A stretch of DNA of 64,000 bases from an uncultured Chloroflexia bacterium (lineage in GTDB: Bacteria > Chloroflexota > Limnocylindria > Limnocylindrales > CSP1-4), in NCBI GenBank assembly GCA_963819655.1, contig CAWFXA010000002.1, positions 1,536,001 through 1,600,000 on the forward strand. The letters run 5' to 3'. The first letter of the stretch is position 1. The number at the start of each line of letters is the position of its first letter. The position numbers and the translations under genes were made by a program. This document shows positions 1 through 10,257 of this stretch, piece after piece. The notes below the pieces were generated by a model. It did not search any database. It worked only from the letters and a program-made list of their open reading frames with translations, and was not told the origin of the DNA.

Positions 1-456
1 CTGCAGGACACCCAGCCCTTCGACGATCCGGCCGGCCGATTCGCGTTCAGCCACAACGGCGACTTTCGAGACTGGCGCCCCGCGCGCGCCCGATACCGCG
101 ACGCCGGGCGGATCCACGGCCGGGCCGACACCGAGGTCGGCGCCCGCTGGCTCGAGGACGCATGGGCCGGCGACCGGCCCACACACCTGCTGCCGGCCCT
201 CCACGAGCTGTTCGGCGGCCAGGCGAACCTCGCGGTCCTCGCGGCCGACGGGTCGCCGACTCACTACGCCGGCAACACCGACAACCCGGTCTTCGCGTTC
301 CGGCTTGGCCGGATCGGCCTCGTGTCGACCGGCATCTATTCGCTCGACCGGTCGTTGTTTCGGCTCGTCGCACCGGGCGCGACGAGCCGGCGGCTGGTCC
401 GGCTCGGATCCACGGTTTCGCTCGACCGTAACGGACTCGCTACGCACGCGTCTTAG
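1..456 (+). CDS. Class II glutamine amidotransferase-like protein (EgtC/GATase_6-like), 5'-truncated by window edge
   Basis: Frame 1 manual translation LQDTQPF...FAFSHNGDF...GRADTEV..., stop TAG 454-456; QPF, HNG and DT/SE motifs of the Ntn GATase II family. Not in ORF track (no start in window). Confidence 0.7.
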   Translation: MQDTQPFDDPAGRFAFSHNGDFRDWRPARARYRDAGRIHGRADTEVGARWLEDAWAGDRPTHLLPALHELFGGQANLAVLAADGSPTHYAGNTDNPVFAFRLGRIGLVSTGIYSLDRSLFRLVAPGATSRRLVRLGSTVSLDRNGLATHAS

Positions 457-501
457 CATTCGACAAACGGGGACCGTCACCTTCAGCCCAAGAGGTGGTC
501 G

Positions 502-1827
502 ATGCACGCTGACCCCGCGATCGCCGACGAGGCGTCCTTCCGACCGACTGCCACGCTCCCCATCGGACACCTTGTCCGGATCTCGCTGTACTGGCTCGGC
601 CTGACGGCGATCGACGGCGCGGTCGGGCTGTTCATCCAGAACCGCTTGAATTTCGGGCCGTTCGCGCCCGACCCGCTCGAGGTCGGGCGGATCACGTTCC
701 TGCTGTCGATCCCGGTCGCCGCGATCTCGATCCTCATCCAGCCCACGGTGGGCTCGATCAGCGACTACACCGTGAGTCGCTGGGGCCGGCGGAAGCCGTA
801 CATCGTGATCGGGTCATTGCTCGATCTCGTGTTCCTGGCGGGCATCGCCTGGTCGAACACGCTTCTAATGCTCGGCGCCTTCACGGCCCTCCTGGCAGTC
901 AGCACCAACATCGCGCGAGGGCCGTTCCAGGGTTACGTGCCCGACCTCGTGCCGGAGAAGCAGGTCGGCCTGGCGAGCGCCATGGTCGGGCTGATGCAGA
1001 TCCTCGGGAACGTGACCGGCTTCGTGCTGGTGACCGTCGCCGTGCTCCTGGGCCGCATCGAGGTGGCGATCTTCGCCGTCGCGCTCGTCGAGCTGGTGAC
1101 GATGGCGGCGGTGGTCGCGCGGGTCGGCGAAGGCCAGCCGCCAAAGCCTCGCAACGGCAAGTCGTGGGGTGCGATCGTCCGCGAGGTCTGGGGGACCGAC
1201 GTCCTCAAGGAGCGCTCCTACGTGTGGCTGCTCACGTCGCGCTTCTTCTTCCTGATGGGCGGCGCGGTTCTGGTGAACCTCATCCTCACGTACCTCAAGC
1301 AGACGCACGGCCTCGACGAGGACGCGGCCAACTCGACCAACCTCGTGATGCTCGTCACGATCGTGCTGGCCAACGTCCTCGCGATCATCCCGTCGGCGAG
1401 GCTGTCGGATCGGATCGGACGAAAGCCGGTCATCTACGCCAGCTGCGCCATCGGTTTCGTGGGCGTCACGCTGGCCGCACTCGCACCGGCCATCCCGCTC
1501 GCCATCGTCGGAGGCGCGTTGTTCGGGGCGTCGGCCGGCACATTCCTCGCGGTCGACTGGGCGTTGATGACCGACATCATCCCGAAGGCATCGTCGGGTC
1601 GATACATGGGCCTCTCGAACGTCGCCACGACATCATCGACCGTGATCGCGGTGGCGACCGCTGGCCTCCTCCTCGATGTCGTGAACATCGAGTTCGGACT
1701 GGGGTTAGGCCCGCGCGCCGCGTTCCTCCTCGGCGCCATCTACTACGTGATCGCGGCGCTCACGCTTCGGCCGGTCGTGGAGCCGCCGCGCTCCGCGCGT
1801 CGAGCCGCCGGTATGCCCATGGGATGA
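502..1827 (+). CDS. MFS transporter
   Basis: About 12 hydrophobic segments; motifs GSISDYTVSRWGRRKP and LSDRIGRK. Confidence 0.9.
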   Translation: MHADPAIADEASFRPTATLPIGHLVRISLYWLGLTAIDGAVGLFIQNRLNFGPFAPDPLEVGRITFLLSIPVAAISILIQPTVGSISDYTVSRWGRRKPYIVIGSLLDLVFLAGIAWSNTLLMLGAFTALLAVSTNIARGPFQGYVPDLVPEKQVGLASAMVGLMQILGNVTGFVLVTVAVLLGRIEVAIFAVALVELVTMAAVVARVGEGQPPKPRNGKSWGAIVREVWGTDVLKERSYVWLLTSRFFFLMGGAVLVNLILTYLKQTHGLDEDAANSTNLVMLVTIVLANVLAIIPSARLSDRIGRKPVIYASCAIGFVGVTLAALAPAIPLAIVGGALFGASAGTFLAVDWALMTDIIPKASSGRYMGLSNVATTSSTVIAVATAGLLLDVVNIEFGLGLGPRAAFLLGAIYYVIAALTLRPVVEPPRSARRAAGMPMG

Positions 1828-2644
1828 ACGCCCACAGATAGACGAGGTAGTCGAGCCGGATCGGCCTCGCCCCGAAACCGAACAGGGCCTGGAACTGGAC
1901 GATCGTGAGCGGCAGCAGGACGACGCTGAGCCCCACCGACACCGCCAGCCACACGAGTCCCCAGCGGCGAGTCGCCGGGGCGAGGATCGGCCACACGATC
2001 AGGGGCACCCACTTCATCCACGTCGCGAGCGCCCACAGCGCGCCGCCGAGCCGCGGACCGGTGAACTGTGCGGCCCACAGCATCAGCGTGAGCTGCAGGT
2101 TGATGTTGCCGGTGTCGAGGTTGGCGCCGACCGGGAACGCGAGCAGCACGATGATCACGGCGGTCGTCAGCGGCCGCCGTCGATAAGCCCAGTCGACCGT
2201 CCACAACAGCAGCAGGATCGTCCCGACGCGCCACACGACCCAGGCGACGTCCCAGGGCAGCAGCGCCCAGGGCGCGAACAGCGGCAGCATCCACGGTGCG
2301 TACACATACGGCAGGAACGGGCCGGTCGGGTGGTACGGATCGCCGCCGTTGAGCCAGATCCGGACGCCCGCCCAGTAGGCTCGCGCATCGGCGCCCGCCG
2401 CGTCGCCGCGGCCGATCATCCCCGCCGCGAGCAGCGAGAAGACGAGGCTGATGAGCAGGATCGCGATGACGCGCCGGTGGTCGCGGAGGCGCGAGAACTC
2501 GCGCCTGATCGCTCGGCGGTAGACACCGGCCCGTCGCCGCGTCGGCTGGCCGACCAGGTCGCGCCAATCGATGACGATGCGGCCACGTCCTCGGGCCGTG
2601 CCCGGGACTGGATGGAGCTCCGGTGGTCGCTCGGCGTCGGCCAT
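1760..2644 (-). CDS. GT87/DUF2029-family membrane glycosyltransferase (GT-C)
   Basis: DARAYW...GGDPY...PYVYAP, GNINL and KWVP motifs; multi-TM. Confidence 0.75.
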   Translation of the reverse strand: MADAERPPELHPVPGTARGRGRIVIDWRDLVGQPTRRRAGVYRRAIRREFSRLRDHRRVIAILLISLVFSLLAAGMIGRGDAAGADARAYWAGVRIWLNGGDPYHPTGPFLPYVYAPWMLPLFAPWALLPWDVAWVVWRVGTILLLLWTVDWAYRRRPLTTAVIIVLLAFPVGANLDTGNINLQLTLMLWAAQFTGPRLGGALWALATWMKWVPLIVWPILAPATRRWGLVWLAVSVGLSVVLLPLTIVQFQALFGFGARPIRLDYLVYLWAFIPWAYRRLDARSAAAPRPAEA

Positions 2645-2750
2645 GGCGCCGGCATTCTCGCACGGGCCGGTGCCCGGTCAGTGCCGCGGCGGCCGGGCCC
2701 TGGTCGGTCGCCGCTCGTGCCGCGGCGACCGACCTGACTCGATCTGACCT

Positions 2751-3374
2751 CTACCCGAGGATGTCGCAGGTATCGAAGCCGAGCCCGTCGTGCGGTCCCG
2801 CGACCTCGAATGACACCCCTTCGATGAAGATGCCGCCAGGCGTGCCATCGCCCAGGGTGTCGAAGATGATCGTCTCTCGGATCACGCCCCGGTCGCGCAC
2901 CACGAGGTTGCCGTCCGCGTCGCGGACGATCAGCGGCTGACCTGCGAGCCGCGAGCTGAACGCGAAGCGGTTGTCGCCAAGCGCGACCGCGCGGGTTTCC
3001 TGGAACAGGCCGTTGCCGCTAATGGTGAGGCTCTCGCCGTCCGGGTTGGTGTGGACCTCACTGAACGAAAAGTTGTCGTGCGCGAAGAAGGCCGTCGCGA
3101 ACCGACCCGTTCCGACCCGGTAATGAACGATCCCGTCGACGTGGCCCTCGACGCTGATCTCGACCGTGCCACATAGATACGTGAAGGAAAAATCCTCCGC
3201 GTAGCGTTCGCGCTCGATCGTGGTTGCGGAAGCCGGTCCGACGGCCGCGAGCAGCGCGATCACGACGACCATGATCGCCATCGCGACCGGGCGTTTGGAG
3301 CGATCGCCGATCGCGGCAGGCCGCGACAACCTCGACAGATCGTTCAACGGACGAGTGGACGACGTAGCGCGCAT
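2751..3374 (-). CDS. Secreted hypothetical protein
   Basis: ATG at 3374 with GAGGAGG SD; hydrophobic signal-like segment ending VGPASA; beta-rich body. Confidence 0.65.
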   Translation of the reverse strand: MRATSSTRPLNDLSRLSRPAAIGDRSKRPVAMAIMVVVIALLAAVGPASATTIERERYAEDFSFTYLCGTVEISVEGHVDGIVHYRVGTGRFATAFFAHDNFSFSEVHTNPDGESLTISGNGLFQETRAVALGDNRFAFSSRLAGQPLIVRDADGNLVVRDRGVIRETIIFDTLGDGTPGGIFIEGVSFEVAGPHDGLGFDTCDILG

Positions 3375-3510
3375 GGTGTCCCTCCTCGATTGCCCGGCGG
3401 CCCGACGAGGATGGCACACGGGTGTCGCCGGGGCGTTGTGTGAGTTGCGCGGTCCGGAGTCCGGGTATCCTGTCGCGAACATCGACGCCCTGGGAGCCCA
3501 GCCAACGCCC

Positions 3511-4347
3511 GTGAGCGACGGACACGTCATCATCATCGGCGGCGCGGAGGACAAGGTCCGCGACCGCGTCATCCTCAGCCGGTTCGCCACCCTCGCCGGC
3601 GGTCGCGACGCGACCGTCGCAGTGATCTCGACCGCGTCGTCCCTCGGCGAGCTCGCAGGTGAGCGCTACAAGCAGGTGCTCGGCGAGCTCGGCGTCAAGA
3701 AGGTTCGCGCGATCCATGCGGTGACCCGCGCGCAGGCCAACGACGACACGGTCGCCCTGGCGCTGCGGGACGCGACCGGCATCTTCATGACCGGCGGGAA
3801 CCAGTTGCGGCTGTCATCGACGATCGGTGGCACGCGACTGGCGGACGCGGTCCTCGAGCAGTTCCGCAAGGGCGCCGTCGTGGCCGGCACGAGCGCCGGT
3901 GCCTCGGCGATGTCGAGTCACATGATCGCGTTCGGCGCGTCGGGCGCGACGCCGAAGCACCGGATGGCCCAGATCGCAGCCGGCCTCGGCGTGCTGCCGG
4001 GCGTGATCATCGACCAGCATTTCCAGCAGCGGAACCGCCTCGGGCGGCTGCTCAGCCTCATCGCCCAGAACCCGAGCCTGCTCGGTCTCGGCGTCGACGA
4101 GGACACGGCCGGCGTCGTCGGGCCCGATCACATCATGGAGGTCATCGGGCGAGGATCGATCACGGTCGTGGATGGTTCCCGCTCGGAGACCGACGCCTGG
4201 GAGGTCAAGGGTCACCGGCCGCTGATGATCAGCGGTGTCGTGCTCCATTCCCTGCCGGCCGGCTACCGGTTCGACCTCCAACGGCGCGAGCGGATCATCG
4301 CGCCGACACTCCACGCGCTCTCCGGCGGCGAGGCGGCGTCGAGCTAA
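3511..4347 (+). CDS. cphB: Cyanophycinase
   Basis: IIGGAEDK, GGNQLRL, GTSAG nucleophile, IDQHF..RNRLGRL, GVDEDT; GTG start with GGGAG SD. Confidence 0.93.
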   Translation: MSDGHVIIIGGAEDKVRDRVILSRFATLAGGRDATVAVISTASSLGELAGERYKQVLGELGVKKVRAIHAVTRAQANDDTVALALRDATGIFMTGGNQLRLSSTIGGTRLADAVLEQFRKGAVVAGTSAGASAMSSHMIAFGASGATPKHRMAQIAAGLGVLPGVIIDQHFQQRNRLGRLLSLIAQNPSLLGLGVDEDTAGVVGPDHIMEVIGRGSITVVDGSRSETDAWEVKGHRPLMISGVVLHSLPAGYRFDLQRRERIIAPTLHALSGGEAASS

Positions 4348-4373
4348 GTTCGCCGCGCCGGGCCTGGCAAACG

Positions 4374-4526
4374 AGGCGTGCTTTGCATCCGGTGCACGAA
4401 CCGTCGACTGGACGGCGCCATGCACTCGCTCCGTCGAAGATCCGTGCGTCCAGTGCACCAAGCGTCGGTTGGAGGCCGCGCGTTGGGGCCCAGTCGACCG
4501 TTCGTTCACCGGGCGCAAGAGTGCCT
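4374..4526 (+). repeat. Long imperfect inverted repeat (about 36-bp stem) in the cphB-cphA intergenic region
   Basis: 4374-4411 pairs with 4490-4526 (e.g. CCGGTGcACGAACcGTCGACTGG / CCAGTCGACcGTTCGTtCACCGG); several G-U pairs on the + strand. Confidence 0.75.
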
Positions 4527-4799
4527 GGGCACCAGCGATCTGCCGCGACTGTGAGGCACGAATTCGAGCCGAAGGAGCCTCTCGCGCCGTCCTGGGCCCG
4601 ATAGCGCGACTCACCAGCACAAGATGGTCGCGAGGGGCGAGGTGGGCGCGGTTTCGGCCCGAAAACGTGACTGGGAGTCTCGGAAACGTAGAGTGGATAC
4701 GAGTGGGAGCGTAAGAGTGGGGATTGCGGTCGCCATCCGCCGCGTGCAAACCCACCGCCGTACACTGACGGCCCATCCCGAGAGCGCAGGAGGGCGAGC

Positions 4800-7676
4800 G
4801 TGACCGAGACGGCCGAGCCGACCGCGACGACCAGTCCGAAGCGCCTGCGGTCGAAGCGTCCGGCCGCCACGCCCGAGGCCACGGCGGTCCCGACGATCCC
4901 GCTCCCGACGCTGCGGATCCTCGAGACCCGCGTCCTTCGTGGCCCGAACTACTGGGCCCGCGAGCCGGTCATCCGGATGCTGGTCGATCTCGGCAACCTC
5001 GAGGAGTTCCCCTCCAACCGGATCCCCGGATTCAGCGACGCGCTCATCGCGTTGCTGCCGACGCTCGAGGACCACGCCTGCTCGCTCGGTCGTCGGGGCG
5101 GGTTCATCACGCGGCTCCAGGAAGGCACGTGGGCGGGGCACATCGCCGAACACATCGCGCTCGAGTTCCAGAACCTCGCCGGCACCGACGTGCGCCACGG
5201 CAAGACCCGCTCGGCCGGCGTCCACGGGCAGTACAACTGCATCTACGAGTACAACGAGGAGGCGGTCGGGCTCGAAGCCGGCCGCATGGCCGTCGGGCTG
5301 GTCAACCACCTCGTCGCACCGGACGATCCCGACGTCTTCTTCGATTTCGCGCCGAAGCTCGAGAACCTGATCCGTCTGGCCGAGCGGCAGGCTTTCGGGC
5401 CGTCGACCCAGGCGCTGATCGACGAGGCCGTGAGCCGCGACATCCCGTACATCCGCCTCGACCGTCACTCGCTGGTGCAGTTCGGCCACGGCGTCTACCA
5501 GCAGCGGATCCGGGCCACGATGACCTCCAAGACCTCGGCGATCGGCGTCGATGTCGCGTCGGACAAGAGCCTGACCAACCGCCTCCTCGACAGCGCCGGC
5601 CTGCCCGTCCCACGGGCCGACGTCGTCACGACCGAGGACGACGCTGTCTCGGTCGCGATGCGGCTCGGTTTCCCGTGCGTCATCAAGCCGCTCGATGGCA
5701 ACCACGGCCGCGGCGTCCACCTCGACCTGCGGTCGGAGGAGGCGGTCCGTGCCGCCTTCCACGGAGCGCTCGCCCAGAGTCGATCGGGCGACGTCGTCGT
5801 CGAGACGTACGTCTCCGGCAACGACTACCGCTGCCTCGTCATCGGCGGCAAGGTCGCGGCCATCGCGGAGCGCGTTCCCGCGAGCGTCACCGGCGATGGC
5901 GAGCACACGATGCGCCAGCTTGTCGACATCGCGAACAGCGATCCGCGCCGCGGTATCGGACACGAGAAGGTCCTCACCAGGATCAAGGTCGATGAGGCGG
6001 CCGTGGAGCTCGTCCGCGCCCAGGGCTACGAGCTGGACGCGGTCCCGCCGAAGGGCACCTGGGTCAAGCTCGCGCTGACCGGCAACATGTCGACCGGCGG
6101 GACCTCGATCGACCGGACCTTCGAGGCGCACCCCGACAATGTCGAGATCGCCGAGACCGCGGCCCAGATCGTCGGGCTGGACGTGGCCGGCATCGACTTC
6201 ATCTGCCCGGATATCACGACGCCCGTCCGGGAGACCGGCGGAGCGATCGTCGAGGTCAATGCCGCACCCGGCTTCCGGATGCACACACATCCGACCGAAG
6301 GCGAACCGCAATACGTCGCCCGGCCGGTCATCGATTCGCTGTTCCCGGCCGGCGCCAACGCACGCATCCCGATCATCTCGGTGACCGGGACGAACGGCAA
6401 GACGACGACCGTCCGGATGATCGCGCACATCCTGAAGCTCATGGGTCGGCGGGTCGGGATGACCTCGACGGACGGCATCGTCATCGACGGGCGGCTCATC
6501 AAGAAGGGCGACATGTCGGGCCCCAAATCGGCCCAGATGGTCCTCCAGAACCCGACGGTCGACACGGCCGTCTTCGAGGTGGCCCGCGGCGGCATCCTGC
6601 GCGAGGGCCTCGGCTACGACCGCAACGATGTCGCCGTCGTGACCAACGTGACCGGCGACCACCTCGGCCTCGGTGGCATCGACTCGATCGGGCAGCTGGC
6701 CAACGTCAAGGGCGTCGTCGTCGAGGCCGTGCCGCGCTCGGGGACCGCCGTCCTCAACGCCGACGACTCGCATGTCTACCGGATGGGCCGCCACTGCGCG
6801 GGACGCGTCGTGCTGTTCAGCATGGCGACGGAAAAGGGCGAGGACGGCTTCGACCGGATCGACGGGCACACGTCGCGTGGCAACGCCGCGTTCTGCCTCG
6901 AGCCGACGCAGCAGGGCGAGCTCATCGTGCTGCGACTCGGCAGCCGCAAGATGCCGGTGCTCTACACGCACCTCATCCCGGCCACGTTCGGCGGGCGGGC
7001 GCGGATGAATGTCGCGAACGCGCTGGCGGCCGCTGCCGCGGCCTGGGCATCGGGTGCCCACCTGCACGACATCCGCCAGGGACTCCGCACGTTCTCCACG
7101 TCGTTCTTCCAGGCGCCCGGTCGGCTCAACCTGCTGGACGTCGGGGGCGTCCGGGTCGTCATCGACTACTGCCACAACGTCGACGGGATGCGTCATCTGG
7201 CGGACTTCGTCCAACGGATGATGGTCGAGCCGCAGACCAAGGCCGGGAAGTTCGGGACGGCCAAGTCCTCGGCGCGATCCGGCCGCGCGATCGGCGTCCT
7301 TGGAATCCCGGGCGACCGCCGCGACGAGGACCAAAGGCAGTACGGCGCGATCGCCGCGAGCGCGTTCGACGAGGTGATCGTCCGCGAGGACAAGAACCTG
7401 CGGGGTCGCGCTCCGGGGGAGACCGCCACGAACGTGATCGAAGGCGTCCGAGCCGCGAAGACCGACGGCCGTGCTCGCACGACGCGGTCCGAGAAGGTCC
7501 TCGACGAGATGACCGCCGTGCGGACCGCACTTCGCCGCGCAACCCCAGGCGACCTCGTGGTGTGCTGCGTCGACGATGCGATCGGGGTCTACCGGGAGGC
7601 CATGTCGGCGGCCGGCGCGACGCGTGGCGGCACCGCGTTCGCCGACCCGGGAGAGCTCGAGGCGCCCGAGGGATGA
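4800..7676 (+). CDS. cphA: Cyanophycin synthetase (CphA1 type: N, ATP-grasp and Mur-ligase domains)
   Basis: GPNYW; EDHACS..GGF..R..EGTWAGHIAEH N-domain motif; KPLDGNHGRG; EVNAAPGFRMH; VTGTNGKTT; DYCHN; AGGAGG SD. Confidence 0.95.
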   Translation: MTETAEPTATTSPKRLRSKRPAATPEATAVPTIPLPTLRILETRVLRGPNYWAREPVIRMLVDLGNLEEFPSNRIPGFSDALIALLPTLEDHACSLGRRGGFITRLQEGTWAGHIAEHIALEFQNLAGTDVRHGKTRSAGVHGQYNCIYEYNEEAVGLEAGRMAVGLVNHLVAPDDPDVFFDFAPKLENLIRLAERQAFGPSTQALIDEAVSRDIPYIRLDRHSLVQFGHGVYQQRIRATMTSKTSAIGVDVASDKSLTNRLLDSAGLPVPRADVVTTEDDAVSVAMRLGFPCVIKPLDGNHGRGVHLDLRSEEAVRAAFHGALAQSRSGDVVVETYVSGNDYRCLVIGGKVAAIAERVPASVTGDGEHTMRQLVDIANSDPRRGIGHEKVLTRIKVDEAAVELVRAQGYELDAVPPKGTWVKLALTGNMSTGGTSIDRTFEAHPDNVEIAETAAQIVGLDVAGIDFICPDITTPVRETGGAIVEVNAAPGFRMHTHPTEGEPQYVARPVIDSLFPAGANARIPIISVTGTNGKTTTVRMIAHILKLMGRRVGMTSTDGIVIDGRLIKKGDMSGPKSAQMVLQNPTVDTAVFEVARGGILREGLGYDRNDVAVVTNVTGDHLGLGGIDSIGQLANVKGVVVEAVPRSGTAVLNADDSHVYRMGRHCAGRVVLFSMATEKGEDGFDRIDGHTSRGNAAFCLEPTQQGELIVLRLGSRKMPVLYTHLIPATFGGRARMNVANALAAAAAAWASGAHLHDIRQGLRTFSTSFFQAPGRLNLLDVGGVRVVIDYCHNVDGMRHLADFVQRMMVEPQTKAGKFGTAKSSARSGRAIGVLGIPGDRRDEDQRQYGAIAASAFDEVIVREDKNLRGRAPGETATNVIEGVRAAKTDGRARTTRSEKVLDEMTAVRTALRRATPGDLVVCCVDDAIGVYREAMSAAGATRGGTAFADPGELEAPEG

Positions 7677-8635
7677 CCCGGTCCGGGCCGCCGCGCTACG
7701 TCCCGGAGGACTCGCTGCAGAGCCCACGGTTCACCGGGCCGTCGACGTTCGCGCGGCTGCCTTATGTCCGCACCCTGGAGGACGTCGACCTCGCCGTCGT
7801 CGGCGTGCCGTTCGACACGGGCGTCACGTACCGCGCCGGCGGCCGGTTCGGCCCGAACGGGGTCCGCGCCGCCAGCGTGATGCTCCGGCAGTACAACACC
7901 AACCTGGACATCAAGCCGTTCGACATCCTGTCGTGCGTCGACTACGGCGATGTCTCGATCGTGCCGGGCTACATCGAGCGCAGCTACGAGGCCATCGAAC
8001 GGACGGTCGCCCCGATCGTCGAGGCCGGCGTCGTGCCGCTCCTCATCGGTGGCGATCACGCCTGCACGCTGCCGCATCTGCGCGCGACCCGCTCGCGCGG
8101 TCCGGTGGCGGTCATCGATTTCGACTCCCATACCGACGCGTGGGACAGCTACTTCGGGGAGAAGTACAACCACGGGACGTGGATGCGCCGCGCGATCGAG
8201 GAGGGCCTCGTCGACGTCGCGCACTCGATCGAGGTGGGCCTGCGCGGGTCCGTGTACGGAGCGGACGACTGGACAGGGCTGCGCGACGAGCTGGGTCTCG
8301 ACTACCTCACGACCGAGGATGTCCTGACGATCGGATCCGAGGCGACGGCGGCACGGATCAGGGAGCGCGTCGGCGACGCGACGGCCTTCATCAGCTTCGA
8401 TATCGACGTCGTCGATCCGGCGTTCGCGCCGGGCACCGGGACACCGGAACCGGGCGGCCTGTCCTCGCATGACGCGCTCGCGATCGTTCGGCTGCTGACC
8501 GGCATCGAGTTCGTCGGCTTCGACGTCGTCGAGGTGATCCCGGCCTACGACCCGGCCGGCCAGACCGCGTTCCTGGCCGCCAACCTCGCCTACGAGATGC
8601 TGTCGCTAGTGGCCGTGCGGCGCTCGGCCGCGTAG
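7673..8635 (+). CDS. speB: Agmatinase (ureohydrolase)
   Basis: GVPFD..YRAGGRFGP, GGDH, DFDSHTD, HGT, SFDIDVVDPAFAPGTGTPEPGG; ATGA overlap with cphA stop. Confidence 0.88.
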   Translation: MTRSGPPRYVPEDSLQSPRFTGPSTFARLPYVRTLEDVDLAVVGVPFDTGVTYRAGGRFGPNGVRAASVMLRQYNTNLDIKPFDILSCVDYGDVSIVPGYIERSYEAIERTVAPIVEAGVVPLLIGGDHACTLPHLRATRSRGPVAVIDFDSHTDAWDSYFGEKYNHGTWMRRAIEEGLVDVAHSIEVGLRGSVYGADDWTGLRDELGLDYLTTEDVLTIGSEATAARIRERVGDATAFISFDIDVVDPAFAPGTGTPEPGGLSSHDALAIVRLLTGIEFVGFDVVEVIPAYDPAGQTAFLAANLAYEMLSLVAVRRSAA

Positions 8636-10257
8636 GCGATCTCGCCGCCCACGACCGTCATGTGGACCGCCACATCGGCGATGGCGGCGGTCGGTGTCGC
8701 GAACAGATCGGCGTCGAGAACGACGACATCCGCGAGCTTGCCGACCTCCAGCGTGCCGAGGCGGTCGTCCGCGAAATACGAGGCTGCGGCATCGATCGTG
8801 CAGGCGCGGACCGCTTCGTCGACGCTGAGCGCCTGGTCGCCGCCGATGACGTCGCCGGAGACCGTCGTGCGGAGCACGGCCGATGCGATCGTGTCCATCG
8901 GTCGGTGCGATGCGACCGGTGCGTCGCTGGACAGCGCGAACCGGACGCCGGCGTCGATCATCTCGCGGTAGGGCTGCAGCCGATGCGCGCGCTCCGCATC
9001 GAGGACGCGCAGCCAGGCATCGCCGGCATCCCAGAAGTAGCGGGGCTGGCCGACGACCATGACCCCAAGCCGTGCGATCCGCTCGATCTGGTCGGGGCGC
9101 GGGCCGCCGCAATGCTCGATCCGGTGGCGGTGATCGTCACGGGGATGTGCCCGCAGCGCCGCCTCGTACGCGTCGAGCACCCGGTCGATGGCCCGGTCGC
9201 CCTGGGCGTGGACGCCGATCTGCCAGCCCGCCGCGTGCGCTCGCGTGATCGCTTCCCTGAAGTCATCCTCCGAACTCCAGTACAGGGAGCCCGTGAACTC
9301 GCCCTCGGGTCCATACGGCTTCGTGAACGACGCGGTGCCACCGGTCAGGGCCCCATCGGCGTAGAACTTCATCGGTCCTATCGCCAGCCGGTCGTCACCG
9401 AACCGCCCGGCGAGACCGAGCGCCTCGAACGCATCGAGCTGCGACGAGATCGGCATCGCCGTGAGGCGGACGCCGAGGAGCCCGCGTTCGCGGGCGACGC
9501 GGTAGCCGCTCAGCTCTCGCCGCGTGACCTGCGCATCGACGATCGACGTGATGCCCGCGGCGAGCGATGCGCGCACACCGCGATCGATGTCGGCGACGAT
9601 CTCCTCGAGCGGCGCGTCGTCATGGAAGCCCGGTCCGTGATGGCCGATGTCGACCGCAGCCGGGACGACGAGCTGCTGCGCCGCGTCGAGGCAGTAGCCG
9701 GTCAGGCGACCGCGATCGTCGCGGACGAGGTGACCGCCCTCCGGGTCGGCGACCGAGTCGTCCAGCCCGCGTCTCTCGAGCCCCAGGCTGTTCGCCAGCG
9801 CGTGATGTCCGCTCATGTGCTGGACGAGGACCGGGTGGACGCGTGTCGCCTCGTCGATGTCCCAACGGGTCGGCAGCCGCCCGTCGCCGAACATCTCCGG
9901 GTTCATCCCGGCGGCGCGGATCCACGTCCCGTCCGGCGTCCGCTCGGCGGCCTCCGCGAGACGCCCGACGAGATCCGCGATCGATGCCACGCCCGGGTAG
10001 CGCACGTCGACGGCGGCGAGCTCCGCTCCGGTGAAGGCGAGGTGGTGGTGTGCATCGACGAACCCGGGCAGGATCGATCGTCCGTGGACGTCGACCTGCC
10101 GGGCGTCTGGTGGAGCCGCGGCGCGCGCGGCAGCGTCACCGCCGACCGCCACGATCCGCTCGCCGACGATCGCGACGCCTCCGGTGAACGGCGGTTCTCC
10201 GGGCCGTGCCGTGAAGACGCGGCCGTTGAGCAGGACGAGACCGGCCATCGTCGTCAT
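8590..10257 (-). CDS. Amidohydrolase 3 family (YtcJ-like) metallohydrolase
   Basis: PGFVDAHHH, KFYADG, HAQGDRA, RIEH, SSDAPV, GTLEVGKLAD; start MTTMAG with GGAG SD. Confidence 0.88.
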   Translation of the reverse strand: MTTMAGLVLLNGRVFTARPGEPPFTGGVAIVGERIVAVGGDAAARAAAPPDARQVDVHGRSILPGFVDAHHHLAFTGAELAAVDVRYPGVASIADLVGRLAEAAERTPDGTWIRAAGMNPEMFGDGRLPTRWDIDEATRVHPVLVQHMSGHHALANSLGLERRGLDDSVADPEGGHLVRDDRGRLTGYCLDAAQQLVVPAAVDIGHHGPGFHDDAPLEEIVADIDRGVRASLAAGITSIVDAQVTRRELSGYRVARERGLLGVRLTAMPISSQLDAFEALGLAGRFGDDRLAIGPMKFYADGALTGGTASFTKPYGPEGEFTGSLYWSSEDDFREAITRAHAAGWQIGVHAQGDRAIDRVLDAYEAALRAHPRDDHRHRIEHCGGPRPDQIERIARLGVMVVGQPRYFWDAGDAWLRVLDAERAHRLQPYREMIDAGVRFALSSDAPVASHRPMDTIASAVLRTTVSGDVIGGDQALSVDEAVRACTIDAAASYFADDRLGTLEVGKLADVVVLDADLFATPTAAIADVAVHMTVVGGEIAYAAERRTATSDSIS

